From positions 24,678,001 to 24,742,000 of the forward strand of contig NC_086109.1 of NCBI RefSeq assembly GCF_963921235.1: a stretch of 64,000 nt of DNA, written 5' to 3'. A model generated the notes under the pieces. It ran no database searches. It worked only from the letters and a program-made list of their open reading frames with translations, and was not told the DNA's origin. Source of the DNA: Mobula hypostoma (lineage: Eukaryota). Shown piece after piece: positions 47,740-61,574 of the stretch (the stretch's first letter is position 1; each line of letters opens with the position of its first letter). The position numbers and the translations under genes are program-made.

Positions 47740-48442
47740 ATTGCCAAGTGCAATTGCGAAGAAAGCACGGTAAGCCTCTACTTCCTTAGGATTCTGTGGA
47801 GATTCAGCATGACATCTAAAAGATTGACAAACTTCTATAGATGTGTAGCAGAGAGTATATTGACTGGCTGCAACACAGCCTGGTATGGAAACACCAATGC
47901 CTTTGAACAGAAAATCCAACAAAAGGTAGTGGATTCCACCCAGTACATCACAGGTAAAGCCCTCCCAACCATTGAGCACATATACATGAAACACCTTCGT
48001 GGGGAAGCAGCATCCATCATCTGAGACCCCACCACCCAGGTCCAGCTCTCTTCTCACTGCTGCCTTCAGATAGAAAGTACAAGAGCCTCAGGACTTGCAC
48101 CACCAGGTTCAAGAACAGTTATTCTCTTCAACCGTCAGACGCTTGAATAAAAGGGGATATTTACACTCACTTACCCCATCATTGAAATGTTCCCATGACC
48201 AATGATCTCACTTTAAGGATTCTTTATCTCATTAGCTCACTTTCTCATTATTTATTACTATTTATTTATAATTGCATTTGCACAGTTTGTTGTCTTCTGC
48301 ACGCTAGTTGATCTTTCATTGATCCTGTTATAGTTACTATTCTATAGATTTGCTGAGTATGCCTACAAGAAAATGAATCTCAGGATTCTATATGGTGACA
48401 TATATTAACTTTGATAATAAAATTTACTTTGAGCTTTGAACA
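47740..48442 (+). mobile_element. Rex1/Babar LINE 3' fragment
   Basis: LYFLRILWRFSMTSKRLTNFYRCVAESILTGCNTAWYGN; tail TTTACTTTGAGCTTTGAAC. Confidence 0.88.
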
Positions 48443-48479
48443 TTGAGTATCTAGGGCAAATCTTCTTTCTTGAGTGTTT

Positions 48480-48670
48480 CTAGGAAGAGGTACAGTCTAT
48501 GTTTCGGGCCGAGACCCGTTGAGTCCTGACGAAGAGTCTCGGCCCGAAACATTGACTGTACCTCTTCCTATAGGTGCTGCCAGGTGCTGCCTGGCCTGCT
48601 GAGATCACCAGCATTTTTTGTGTGTGTTGCTTGAATTTCCAGCATCTGCAGATTTCCTCATGTCTGCGTC
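48480..48670 (+). mobile_element. Penelope-terminus insertion with 37-bp inverted arm
   Basis: 48481-48517 pairs with 48534-48570 (2 mismatches); hammerhead-like AGTCCTGACGAAGAGTCTCGGCCCGAAACATTGACT; TSD CTTGAGTGTTT at 48469-48479 and 48671-48681. Confidence 0.85.
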
Positions 48671-48671
48671 C

Positions 48672-49090
48672 TTGAGTGTTTGATGGCACTAGGCCTGTAC
48701 TTGCTGGAGTTTGGAAGTATGAGGGGAATCTCATTGAAACCTATCAAATATGGAAAGGCTAGATAGTGTAGATGTGGAGAAGATGTTTCCTATGGTGGGA
48801 GAGTCTAGAACCAGAGAGAACAGCTTCAGATTAGAGGTGAGGAGGAATTTCTTTCGTCAGGGGGTGGTGAATCTGTGAAATTCATTGCCACATACATCTT
48901 TAGAGGCCATGTCATTGGATATATTTAAAGTGGAAGTTGATAGATTCTTAATTAGTAAGGGTGATAAAGTTTAAGGGGATAAGGCAGGAGAATGGGATTG
49001 AAAGGGTAATAAATCAGCCATGATGAAATGGTGGAGCAGACTTAATGGGCCAAATGGCCTAATTCTGCTCCTATGGTCTTGTGATCTTAC
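48672..49090 (+). mobile_element. CR1 3' fragment
   Basis: Colinear with 19915-20345. Confidence 0.85.
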
Positions 49091-49904
49091 TCATCCATCG
49101 GATGATTTAAAGCAATGATGTTGTCAGCAATTCTATACACACACTTCCTAATTCTACATTTTTATCAGATTTTCTTGAGTTTGTGAGTCTGTCACTCTGC
49201 CTGAGATGAGCTCACCTAATATATTCGGGCAAATTACCCCTAAACTTTGTTTCACTCACTGATTCAGGCCCCAGTACATTATTGCATGGCATGTTATATT
49301 CTACTCTTTAATCTGGGCAAATGACAGATATTGTGTCTCTAACGTATGGCCTTGTCATTCATTATTTTTAATTATATGTCAATAACAATTCTTGTTACAT
49401 GTGAGGGCATTTTCAGTTTCTGGGCTGCTCAGACATGTTTTACTTTGATTTTTCAAGGTCATCCATCAAGTGAGACTTTCTGTCCTGACTGAATTAAAAG
49501 TGGGGTGGAGAAGATTCCAAGAGATAAAAGAATTGCCCTCCAAAAATTTCAAGCTATCCATTCTCCTTGAGGGTACAAAGTGCATCAAGTATCTGACACC
49601 ACTTTATTAAAAGAGTCATTCCTCTATGGGAGTATGCATAAGGATACTGCAGTTAGTGTGAGGCTTTGTAATATTTCTTCTGGTGTGTTTTAATAAATCG
49701 TTAAATCCTAGGATCATCCAACGACATTTAAGAATTTTACATAATGAAAAACATGTTATTATAAAACATCTTATTGTATCTCACAGATGTTTTTTTCAGT
49801 CAGTTTTACAATGCAGTCAGTGAAGCACAGCCACAAACAGCAGTGTCAGGGATGACTTTAATCAATTCCTGGTGATGCTTGTTGCAAAGAAAATTTGACA
49901 AAGA

Positions 49905-50180
49905 CTTGCAGCTTTGCAGTACTCTCCTCAGAGTCAGAACATCTCAAAGTACTTTGCAACCAATGGAGTACTTTTGTGAAGTAAAGTCATTGTTGTGATA
50001 AAGAAAACACAACAGCTAGTGTTCATATTATAAGAACACATAAGCATTGAAGATTGAAGTGATCAGACAATGACTGAAGGATAAATGTTGACCAAAGCAG
50101 TGAGGACACCTCCTCTGCTCTTTAAAATAATTCCATGAAATCTTTTATATCTTTATGAAATAGCAGACAAGACTTTGGTT
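49905..50180 (-). mobile_element. Old DeuSINE/L2-tailed SINE-like remnant
   Basis: Shares AACATCTCAAAG...TTTGCA...GTCATTGTTGT motifs with 13350-13510 and 45330-45460, and with 52970-53190 on the opposite strand. Confidence 0.4.
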
Positions 50181-50219
50181 TAACTTCCACATAACCAAAG
50201 CACATTATGTAAATTAAGG

Positions 50220-50975
50220 ATTAGGAACAGGGGCACTTTGAGCCTACTCCACCACTTATGAGCGTTATGGTTCATTTTCCACCACGGCTTCATTTTCTCA
50301 TATCCCCATATCCCATGATTTCCATAATATCCAGAAATCTATTAGAGTCATAGCACATTGCAGCACATAAACAGACTTTTCAGCCTATTTAGTCCATACT
50401 AAACTATTACTCTGCCTAATTTTATCAACCTGCACCTGGACCAGAGTTTCCCCCCCCAATACCCCTCCCATCCATGCACTTATCCAAACCTCTTAAATGT
50501 TGAAATTGTACCTATGTCCTCTGGAAATTCATTCGGCACTCTCATCACCTTTTGAGTGAAGAAATTCCCCCTCATGTTCCTCTTAAATATTCACCTTTCA
50601 CCCATGACCCCTAGTTCTAGTCTCACCCACTTGAGGCCTCGAGGGTCAATCTTGGATGTTACTTCCTAGCTGTCTAGCTACGTAAGCCAGGGCAGTACAA
50701 TACGGAGAGCAAGCTTTTGCCCATGTAACATTCTTCCCCACACTCAGTACTTGAATTTATGAAGGTCAATATGCCAAAACTCTCTTTACGACCCTATCTA
50801 CCTGTGACGCCACTTTCAAGAAATTATTCCTAGATTAATCTCTGCTTTGACTGAATGTCTGACTTTCCACAGCCCTGAGGGGTAGAGAATTTCAAAGGCT
50901 CACCTACCTCTGAGTGAAGAAATGTCTTTCCATCTCAGTAGTAAATGACCAATGCCTTATTCCTGAGACTGTGAA
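50220..50975 (-). mobile_element. Nested CR1 3' fragments
   Basis: Two CR1 tail types (50220-50345 plus 50830-50975 surrounding 50345-50825), similar to reverse complements of 42510 and 42175 types. Confidence 0.65.
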
Positions 50976-53900
50976 CACTGCGGGCTGCATGAGGAGGCAC
51001 GAGGGCCTGTGAGTTGGCATCCGTTTGAGCCTGGAGTTCGGGGTCCTGTCATCAGCTAGTCCGGGAGTTGATACCAAAGGTTCGAGCTCGAAGGTCAAAT
51101 GTTAGTCCAGAAGTCGAAGGCTAAAGCCTGGATACTGGAGGCTGGAGACCTATTCTGAAGTTGATGGACTGTCCATGAATAAGGGTGGGTAGGAAGGAAA
51201 GTGGGAAGGAGGAAAGGGGCTTGCTTTGCTGTTGCTTTCTTGCTTGACATGTTCTGTTTTGTGGTATGCTGTGTTATTCTGCTGAGGTTTGTGGGCACGC
51301 TGTGTTGACTCCTCTTGCAGGCTGCTCCCAGTATATTCCTAGGTTGTGTTGGTTGTTTATGCAAATAATGCATTTCACTGTATATTTTAATGTACATGTG
51401 ATAAATAAATCTTAATCTGAATCTGGTTCTGATTCCCCAGTGAGAAAACACCCTTCCTGCATGTCAAGGTCTACAAATATTTCGTGATTTTGAATAAGAT
51501 ATTTCTCTTATTCTTCTCATCTGAGAGACACCACTTACGTTGACTTAACATACTCTTTGAGCTTCAGACCTAATACTTCAGCACCACTAACATTATCCAT
51601 TACTTCCTATTACTCATTTCAGCACCTTTCTACTGTAGTTCATCCTCAACTTGACTCCTCAACAATTCTAGACGCAATAATTTTATTGATACTCTCTGAA
51701 GCCTATTCTGCATAAATGATGCCATTCAATGTTTTTCATTTTGTTTGCATAACTTCCACAGTCCCATTCATGCATCACACCTGTTGCTCACCTATAATTA
51801 GGAAACAGTTTTAATACATTGTTCTTGTTTTCTTTACCCTTGATAGTCCCATTCTTGTCTTATTTCTGCATTTGCAGTTTATCCTGTGCCCAAATAAGAT
51901 GTCTGCATTCATCTGGCTCGAAGCCCTCAAATTCCATCGCTGACCTATTGGTAGTCTTGCCTTCACCTGCTAATTTCCTCCCTGAACCTCTTTGCCTCGC
52001 ATACTTCTTTTACGATGTTCCTCAAAACCAGCTTCCTCTGCCAAGTTTATGCCTGTCTGCTGCAATGTTTGCTTCCAAGTCATTTTATTTTTGATTTTCA
52101 AAGCAATCACATCAAAGGCTTTGAAATTAACTTTTCCATATAAATGGAAACACATTAGTGCAAGATATTGGTTATGGTGAGGTATTGGTTATACCATTTG
52201 GTACACATCAAGGGCTATTCTTGACACCAAATATTTTACCCATTATTTTGGATTGGGACTTGAACCCATGATATATTCTAAAGTAAGAGTATAACGAATA
52301 GAACACAGTGGATACAGAAGGAAATGTGTAGGCCAAAAGCCTAGGAGATGTTATGTCTTTCTTTCCCCCATTGCTACTGTGGAATCCTTACTAATCACAA
52401 TACCAGGGACATGGAACATTTGTACTGTATCTCATCTTGTGAAGTCTCATCGTCTATGATAACATTATCCTTGCTGTTAACAAGAGTGGCAATTGCTATG
52501 AACCTTTTTAAAATCCAATTTTTATGTTTATGGTCTCATTGAGTCTTCTGAAGAGCAACGCTTACTGATTACCACACCCAGTGTTACACATGTCACAGTT
52601 AAAGATGTAGTTCCAACAGTCGGAATCAGATTTATTACCATTGACAGAGGTGGTGAAATTGTTATTTTGTGGAAGCAGTACAGTGCAGTACTTAAAGATA
52701 AATTATAAATTATAACATCCATGATCGACCTCGGTCAATGGTGGGCCACAATATATATGCAAAACAAGTGAGGTAGTTAATTTTCATTGTTTTATGGGTT
52801 CATCATGGGTTCACCCATTATCATTTAGTTTGTGATTGCAAATGTTCAGACCAAATGATGGAGGAACCAATTGTGATAGAAGATGGTGATTGCACTCAAC
52901 ACTGACAAAACACCATGGTGTCCACTGTTTGTGAAATTACTAGACCAGCTCTTGAGAAGACTTTGAGATATGATCATAAAATCCAGGCTGAGATTCCCAG
53001 CACAGTATTGGAGGAGCACTGCTTTGTCAGAGTTTCTCAAATAGAGGAACCAAAGAACCAGACTCCCTTTTGAAAAGAAACTCAAGCACTCTTTCAAAAC
53101 AAGGAGTTTTAATTCACTGTTATGAAAGTCATGGCCTGATCATTTATCTCATCGCTGCTCAGGAGTATGATGCATGCAAATTGACTTTCAAGCTTGTTGA
53201 AAGTCTTTCTTTCCTTTCCTTTCAAAGAACAATGGGATATGCAAACAACGATAAGAGTAACAAGAACTGAGTGAAAAGAATAATTCACTATTCTGCAATA
53301 CTGTGCTCTTGAAGTACTGAGCTCCCTAAGCTGTTTAATGCTACTGTGACTTCTAATTCACAAATTGAATTCTGGCTGCCAGATTTCTGAATGAAAAGGA
53401 ATGCTCCACCAAAGAAAGTGTGCCCATACAGAAGGATTCACTGAGATGTGGAGGAGCTATGATTCACCGCACTGCTGCACATAGTAACTCTTTCAGCTCA
53501 GTTTCTCGGTGATGCTTCGGTACTCTCAGACTAAACAAAAAATAGATTATTGTTCAAATAACACAGTTATTTTAAACACCAGCATGATTCTGAAGAATAC
53601 TGTGCTCTATGGGCAAGGAACATTAATTCTAAGAGAGACAGATGGGTGCATGACCGATCGAGTACAGAGTCCGGATATTTATTGGGAAGCATGTTGAAAA
53701 CGAACAATGAGGACATCATTGGCAAAGCCAATATTTGTTGACTAACCCTAACTATTCATGAGAAGATGGTGATGAGGCATCTTTTTGAATCATTTTTCTG
53801 TAGTTGTGAAGGATAATGAAGGAATTGCTGGTATTTCCAAGTCCAAGTATGTGTAATGTCAAGAGTTACCTGCATGTGATGGTGTTCTGATGTGCCAGAT

Positions 53901-54119
53901 GTCCCTGTTCTTTTTAGTAGTAGAAATCATGGGTTTAGGAGGTGTGGTGCAGCCTCCTATACCAGTGGTAGAGGGTTAATTATTAGTTAATAACTAGGTG
54001 GTAGATTGGATGAAATCTTATAGGAGCCTTGTCCAGGTGTTGTTAAATTCTATACCTTTACTAGAATTCTCCAAATACATGGAGAGTATCCCCTTATTCT
54101 CCAAACTTTTTGGTGATAT

Positions 54120-54570
54120 ATCTAATTTGGTATGTCATCAAAGACTCCAATAAGTTTCTACAGATATACAAAGGACAGCATTCTAACTGTTTGCATCACA
54201 ACCTAGTATGGAAGGGCCACAGAAAAATGTATGAAAAAGCTGCAGAGGGTTACAAACTCAACCACCTCTATCATGGGCACTAGTCCCACCATCATCGAGG
54301 ACATCTTCAACAGATGCCTCAAAAAGGTGGCATCCATCATTAAGGACCTCCATCACCCAGGACATGTTCTCTTCTTATTACTATCACCAGAGAGGAGTAA
54401 CAGGAGTTTAAAGACACATACTTAATGTTTTAGAAACAGCTTCTTCCCCTCTGCCATCAAATTTCTGAACGGACAATGAGCCATCCCATGAACACCACCT
54501 CATTATTTTTGCTCTCTTTATGCACTAATATACATATTTCATATTGTAATTAATAATACTTTTTATATGT
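54120..54570 (+). mobile_element. Rex1/Babar 3' fragment
   Basis: KKLQRVTNSTTSIMGT...IIKDLHHPGHVLF. Confidence 0.8.
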
Positions 54571-54819
54571 TGAGATGATAGTTAGACAAACGCTTGTCAA
54601 AGGTGGTACCTTTCTGGCATTTGTATGATACAATATACTATTTGTCTCTTGGTGACTCAGTTTGACTGTTGCAAGTGGACTACTTCTTTTTCAGAGGAAC
54701 GGTGGTTAGAATTGATACTGAAGTTACTACCCTTCTCGCCCTGATCTCTAGGTAACTAAAAAGAGGAAGAGACTTTGAACAGCCAAATGACCTCAAATAG
54801 TTACTATTGTATTCATCTA

Positions 54820-55022
54820 CCACAAATGGTTGTGGAGGCCAAGTGATTGGGTTCATTTAAAACAGAGGTATATATGTTCTAAATCATAAGGGTGTCAAAG
54901 GTTATAGTGAGAAGGCAGGAGAATGGGGTTGAGAGGGAAATTAAATCAGCCATGATTGAATGGCAGAACAGACTTGATGGGCCAAATGGCTTAATTCTGT
55001 TCCTATGCCTTATGGTTTTATG
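54820..55022 (+). mobile_element. CR1 3' end
   Basis: Tail GATGGGCCAAATGGCTTAATTCTGTTCCTATGCCTTATGG. Confidence 0.8.
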
Positions 55023-55617
55023 AATCTCTTAGTTTGAGTGATCATCAATTTGTGACGGGAGATCATGATGAAGATAGTTCAGACCCAGATGCTGCAGTAT
55101 CTGAGGCAAAGATTAGGACTTGGCAAAAAGCTGGAATGAGAACTGAACACAGACAAAATGCTAGACAATATCTCTAGTTGGGCTTATGATCAAATACAGA
55201 ATTCTTTGCACCAAAACCTGATTGCCAATTAGCCCTTGAAAGGGGCCGCTCCAGCTGTCCATACTCTGGGGAGTTAGAACGTCTAAACCCCAAGAGGTGT
55301 CGCGGTTGGGTGCATCTCGTAACACAATTGGGAATCTGATTCTTATCACAAAAGAGACTAGGATAGACCCAAGAAGATAACGAGACCTGTGTAAATAATT
55401 AACAAATGGACTAGAGTGTTGAACGATGAGTTCCACCAGAACGAACCAGAAAAGTTAATATGATCCAGAGAAGGTGATAAAAAGTTTATCCTTCAAATTG
55501 TTGTCCCATTTGAAGGCCAAGCTTACCAGTTCTTGTTGGATTGGTGTAGATGTCATCCCGCCATAACATTACATCCAGGTCCATTGGGTCAGACGCATGG
55601 CATGGACCTCCACAGTT

Positions 55618-55920
55618 GCACAGTGGTGTAGCTGGTGGAACTGTTGTCTCACAGCTCTGGTGACCCAGGTTCAATACTGACATCTGGTGCTGTCTGTGTG
55701 GGGTTTTGCACATTATACCCATGACTACAAGGGTGTTCCCTGTGTGCTCTGATTTCCCCCCACATTTCAAGGAGGTGCACGTTGATAACTTAATTGGCCA
55801 CTCTAAAATGCCCCTAGGCTCTAAGTGTGTGGTAGAATCAGGGGGAAACTAGTGGGAATGTAAGGGGCATACAATGGGATTAGCAAAGGATCAGGATGAT
55901 TGATGTGGAGAGTGTCGACA
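55618..55920 (+). mobile_element. V-SINE / HE1-like SINE
   Basis: GGTGTAGCTGG A box, GGTTCAATAC B box, then TCTGTGTGGGGTTTTGCACATT...TGTGCTCTGATTTCCCCCCACAT V-domain-like. Confidence 0.7.
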
Positions 55921-56119
55921 ATGAAGAATACAGTACCGAGCCATTGTTCACTCCCTCTCAGGCCATGTTCACTTCCTGCACAGCTGCCAGCATTGCCTAT
56001 GGTCAGGTTACAGTGCATTCTTGTTTTACCAACTGAAGGTTCATTTTAAGTAGAAACCCTAAAGAATATTAAAATAATCTTCCCTATGGTGCAGACAATG
56101 GACAACACAAGTAGAATCA

Positions 56120-56410
56120 GAACTCCGTGCCTGTTCTCCATCTTCCTTTGGAGCTCCCCTCCCACTTTCTTTCTCCCTAGGCCTCCCGTCCCATGATCCT
56201 CTCCCTTCTCCAGCCTTGTATCCCTTTTGCCAATCAACCTTCCAGCTCTTAGCTTCATCCCTCCCCCTCCTGTCTTCTCCTATCATTTCAGATCACCCCC
56301 TCACCCTCCCACTTTCAAATCTTTTACTATCTCTTCTTTCAGTTAGACGTAGGGTCTTGGCCCGAAACGTTGACTATACTTCTTCCTATAGATGCTGCCT
56401 GGCCTGCTGC
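56120..56410 (+). mobile_element. Penelope-like 3' UTR fragment
   Basis: Close to the reverse complement of 30205-30505; hammerhead 5' half deleted (TTAGACGTAGGGTCTTGGCCCGAAACGTTGACT). Confidence 0.85.
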
Positions 56411-56439
56411 ACACACACACAATCAAATTCTTATATATA

Positions 56440-57272
56440 TAAACAATTGATTATTGACTTTAGGAGGAGGAAACCGGAGGTCCATAAGCCAGTCCTCACT
56501 GGAGCATCAGCCATGGAGAGGGTCAGCATCTTTAAATTTCTGAGTGTTATCACTTCAGAGAACCTGTCCTGGGCCCAGTAAGTGCAATTATGAAGAAAGC
56601 ACAGCAGCACCTCTACTTCCTTAGGAGTTTGCAAAGATTTGGCATGAAATCTAAAACTTTGACAAACTTTTACAGATGTGTGGTGGAGAATGTATTGACT
56701 GGCTGCAACACAGCCTGGTATGGAAATATTAATACCCTTGATTGGAAACTCCTATAAAGAGTAATGAATATGGCCCAGTCCATCACAAGTAAAGCCCCCA
56801 CCCCACCACAGAGAACATCTAAATGGAGTGTTGTTGCAGGAAAGCAGCATTCATCATTAGCGACCTCCACCATCCAAGGCATGCTCTCTTCTCACTGCTG
56901 CCATCAGAAAGAAGGTAAAGGAGCCTCAGGACTCCAGGTACAGAAACACTTATTACCCCTCAACCATCAGGCTCTTGAATCTTCACTCAACTTCAATTGC
57001 CCAGTCACTAAAGTGTTCCCACATCCTATGTGTTCTCAATATTTATTGCTTCTTTATTTATTATTATTGACTCTTTTTTTTTTGGAATTGCACAGTTTGT
57101 TGTCTTTTGCACGCTGGTTTCAACACCCATGGTGCAGTCTTTCATTGATTCTATTTTAAGTGTTATTCTTTTATGGATTTATTGGGTATGCGCAGAAGAA
57201 AATGAATCTCAGGGTTGTATACGGTGACATATATTTACTTTGATAATAAATTTACTTTGAACTGTGAACTTT
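56440..57272 (+). mobile_element. Rex1/Babar LINE 3' fragment
   Basis: LIIDFRRRKP...MERVSIFKFLSVITSENLSW; tail TTTACTTTGAACTGTGAACTT. Confidence 0.85.
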
Positions 57273-57289
57273 AAATTAAATAAGTACTG

Positions 57290-59010
57290 CAAAAACAAAG
57301 CAAACAAACAAATAAATATTGAGGTAGTGTGGATAGGTTCATTGTCCTTTCAGAAATCTTGATAGCGGATAGTACAAAGCTGTTGCTATAATGTTTAGAA
57401 TTTTTCTTCAGATACGTGGATCTCTTCCTTGATGGTAGCAATGAGAAGAAGTGATGTTCTGGGTGATGGGGGTCCTTCTTGATGGATGCAGCCTTTTTGT
57501 GGCATTGCTTTTGAAGATGTCCTCAGTGCTGGGGAGGCTAGTGCCCATGATAGAGCTGGCTGAGTTTGAGACTTTCTGCAGCTTTCTCCCATCCTGTGCA
57601 GTAGCCCTTCCAATCCAGGCAGTGATGCTACCAGTTAGAATGCTCTTCATGATACATCTGTAGAAATTTGATAGTCTTTTAGTGACTTAGCATGTCTCCC
57701 CAAGCTCCTACTGAAATATAGCTGCTATCATACCTTCTTTTTAATTGCATCAATATGTTGGACTCTGGACAGATCTTCAGAGATGTTGATGTGTAGGAAC
57801 TTGAAACTACCCAACCTTTCCACTGCTGATCCCTTGATCAGAACTACTGTGTGTTCTCTTGACTTTCCCTTCCTGAAGTCCACAATCAATCCTTTGTTCT
57901 TACTGACATTGAATGCAGGGTTATTGGTGCAACACCACTCAACCAGCTGATCTATCTTATTCTTGTACGCCTCCTCATCATCATCTGAAATCTAGCCAAC
58001 AACTGTTGTGTCTTTGGCTAATTTATAGATGGACTTTGAGCTGTGCCTAGCTATATAATTATGGTTATAGAGAAGATGGATCAGTGGGCTAAGCTGACAT
58101 CCTTGAGATGCGCCAGTGATGATTGACAGCGAGGAAGATATGTAATTTCTGATCCACATTGACTGTGGTTTCCTGATGAGGGAAACACACATTTGGAAGT
58201 GAATCACAGACTCAATCCACACACCCTTGAAAGAACAAGGTTTTGCTTTATAATTAGATCCTTGCTGTTGACCTTCTGTGAAACTGTGTCTTCACAAAAT
58301 CCTCTACTTTCTGTGACCATACCTTCTCGGTCCTCACCACTGGTGCGGTAGTCTTTAGACTCTGCCTGTAGGCCAGGAGTAGTACAGCCAGATGATCATA
58401 CTTTCCAAAATGCAAGTGTTGGATGGCACAGTATGCATTCTTGTTGGTGGTGTAACAGCGGACAAGCATATTGGCTCCTCTGGTACCTCAAGTGATATGT
58501 TGGTGGTAGTTGGTCAGAGACTTCTTCAAGCTGGCCTGTTTGAAATCCCCTACAATGATAGGAAAGACATTAGGGTTCACTGTTTTGTGACTGCTGATCC
58601 TCCAGTCTCTGCCTGACATTGGCCAGTGATGGAATGTACCAATCACAATGACGCTATCACAATGACGGTGAAAAACTCCTTTGACAGATAAAATTGACGA
58701 GACGTTGACCACTAGACTTTCCAGGTTGGTTGCACTGCGATGAGTTAATCATGAGGCATATTCTATCTCCTCTACCTTTAAAAGACTCAACTGTCCTGTC
58801 TTTGCAGAGGATGGTGAATCCCTTGGGCTGCAACTCTGTGTCTGAAATGGTGGGAGTGAGCCATAGTTCCATGAAGCAAAGTACACAGCAGTCCCTGATG
58901 TCTCTCTGGTACTGCAATCTCCCTCTAAGGTGTTCAATTTTATTGTCCTGAGACAGTACACTTGCCTGCAGTATAGTAGGGAGTGGGGGTCTAAGAGCTC
59001 TGTTTATCAA
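57290..59010 (-). mobile_element. Rex1/Babar LINE with APE endonuclease and RT end, large internal deletion
   Basis: RPPLPTILQASVLSQDNK...RDCCVLCFMELWL, IVGDFKQASL, HFGKYDHLAVLL; then TGASQGCQLSPL...YKLAKDTTVVG. Confidence 0.85.
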
Positions 59011-59804
59011 TATTACTTGCAGACCAGTACATTTTCCTTGTTACTTTTTCCTTAAAGGGAAACTGCACTCACGACCCAAGGCTGCAACCTGGAGTCAGTC
59101 GATTTTAAGTATTGATAGATATTTTAAACATCTTAAAACTATTTTGCCTACTGAAGAACCCATGGCTGTGACTATGGATCTCAGCTGCAGTATTCCTAAA
59201 CGGGAATATTTGATGATTCCCTTCAGAGCTGCACACTAAGAGTTGCCACAAAGGGTTGCTGAATGTACAAACCAATGTAATCAGCATAAAACAGCGGCTC
59301 TCTGCTGGTTAATTATGTACTGTAACACTCATGCTTATGATGCAGGCTGTCCAATCTAGCCTCTTTTTGTTTAAAGTCCCCACTCCAAGCAAACACTGTG
59401 AGCAGGTGTAAGGGCTCCAAGAACTGGAATAGTATAAATTGGTTTACCTGTGACCAGTGCAACTCGAATCTTGACAGCCCTTCATCATAGCTATGTGGGA
59501 GGGAGTTGTGTACCATGAACCAGCCAGTAGTTAGAGAAATTTCCTATAAATTCTTCAGAATGTCAGACAGTGCAAGAAACAAAGTTACGTGTTACAAAAA
59601 AACAACAAAAAACATTAAAATGGGAATAATCTGCAAAAGGTTTCTCTGAATTCTCCATTCTGCCCAGTTCTTCACTGACTGCCTAAATCAGTTGTTCCAA
59701 ATACACCAGAGGTAACACTTTCAGATCAGGGGATAATTTTACTATTGATTCATTCTACCACTTCGAGTGTCTCCTGAAAATGATCACCGGGAGATCCTGG
59801 TGAC

Positions 59805-60055
59805 ATAGGAGCAGAATTAGGTCACTCGGCTCATCAAGTCTGCTCTGCCATTCCTTCATAATTGATTTATTATCCCTCTTAACCCTATTCTCCTGCTTTC
59901 TCCCTGTAAGCGTTGATGCCCTGACTGATCAAAAATGTACTAATTTCCAATTTAAATATCATCAATGAGCTGGCCTCCACAGCCATCCAAGGCAGTAAAT
60001 TCCACAGATTCGCCACTTTGTCTGAAGAAACTCCCCCTCATCACTGTTCGAAATG
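59805..60055 (-). mobile_element. CR1 3' end
   Basis: Reverse of CR1 tail (ACATAGGAGCAGAATTAGG...). Confidence 0.8.
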
Positions 60056-60569
60056 GTCAACGCTGCTGTTCCAGGGGCTGTCCAATCATCACTGCAGCTG
60101 ATTTAGGAGTCCATTAGCTGCAGTCCAAAGCCTTAGTTCAGTGCAGAGAAGTGGAGAAATGAGCTGAACACCAGCCCATCCCTTGCCTCCAGCCCTGACA
60201 CCCTGATCTTTTCAATTTGGCCCATCACTTAAATCGTCCAAGCCTCTGTCCTTCCTCACTCTTGGGCCAAGGCCAAGTTACCTCAATATGGTCTCAGGCC
60301 TGGACCTGGCCTTTCTAATTCCATTTTGCCACATCGAATCACCTCCAAGTCCACTCGAGCAATGGCCAAACTTCGGCTCTTTACCTGCTCTTGGCCCAGA
60401 TGCTGCCACCTTGATTCAGACCATACACACCACGCCACAAGCATTCTGCACCTTGGAGACTTCAGTTCACTTCACAAAAATGCCAGATCGTACAGGTGGT
60501 TCAAAAGCTCAACTCCAAAAGGGAAGTTACAGGTTATTGATTGCAGTGATTGTATCCGATAAAAAGTGT

Positions 60570-61000
60570 GATTACTACAGTAATTTATAGTATGCTTGCT
60601 ACCACCAAGTCATCACTGTGCTTCACCATCTTAAACCAGAAGATGGTTTTAAAGGTTATCCAATCCCCTAACTTCCCACTGATTTTTGCTATATTATATG
60701 TCCTCTCTTTTGCCTTTTGCTGTCTTGGACTCCCCTTTATCACCCACAGTTGCCTCATCCTCCCTTTAGAATACTTCTTCATTTTGGGATGTATTTATTC
60801 TTGCCTTCCCAATTGCCCCCAGAGACTCCAACCACTGTTGTTCTGCCATTATCTTTGATAGTCTCTCCTTCCAATCAACTTTGGCCAGCTCCTCTCTCAT
60901 GTATCTGCAATTCCCTTTACTCCACTATAATACTGATATATCTTACTTTATCTTTTCCCTCCCAAACAGCAGGGTGAATACTATCATATTATGATCACAG
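60570..61000 (-). mobile_element. CR1 ORF2 linker fragment
   Basis: KAKERTYNIAKISGKLGDWITFK; overlaps in sequence with 22740-22855. Confidence 0.75.
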
Positions 61001-61574
61001 CAGGCTTCCCGTTCCTGAAATTAATTCAGAACAAACATAATTATGTACTTAGTCTGGTTGCTGGTATATACAGTATATGTGTTTCAGTGTTGGCTCAATT
61101 TACCACCAGAATCATCTAAAATAAAGTACTTTGTAAGTTCGTTAAGTTTACAGACATCACAAAACCTCTTGTGATCACTTGAGCTCCTAAACCTGTCAAA
61201 ACAGCTTCTCTATCTGAGCCACTAGCAGTTGATCAGGAAGGTATTAAGATGTGTGTGAGAGACTGAGATTTTGTGAAGACACAATTTGGCAGAAGGTCAA
61301 CAGCAAGGATCTATTGAAAAATCAAAACCTTGTTGTTTCGAGGGTGTGTGGATAGAGTCAGGGATTAACTTCCAAATGGGAGTTCCCTGAAAGAATGAGG
61401 TCATGTAATCCCATAAAGACTGAACAAACTTCAAGTGACAGCACTCTCTCTTTTTGTTCTCAAGGAAAAGTTTCTTGCAAGGAAGAATCAATAGTTTTAC
61501 TAATAGAGTCATAATGCAAAGGTTCAAGATTTTATGGTATAGAGATACAACTTTTAAACCCACCAAGGCAATAG

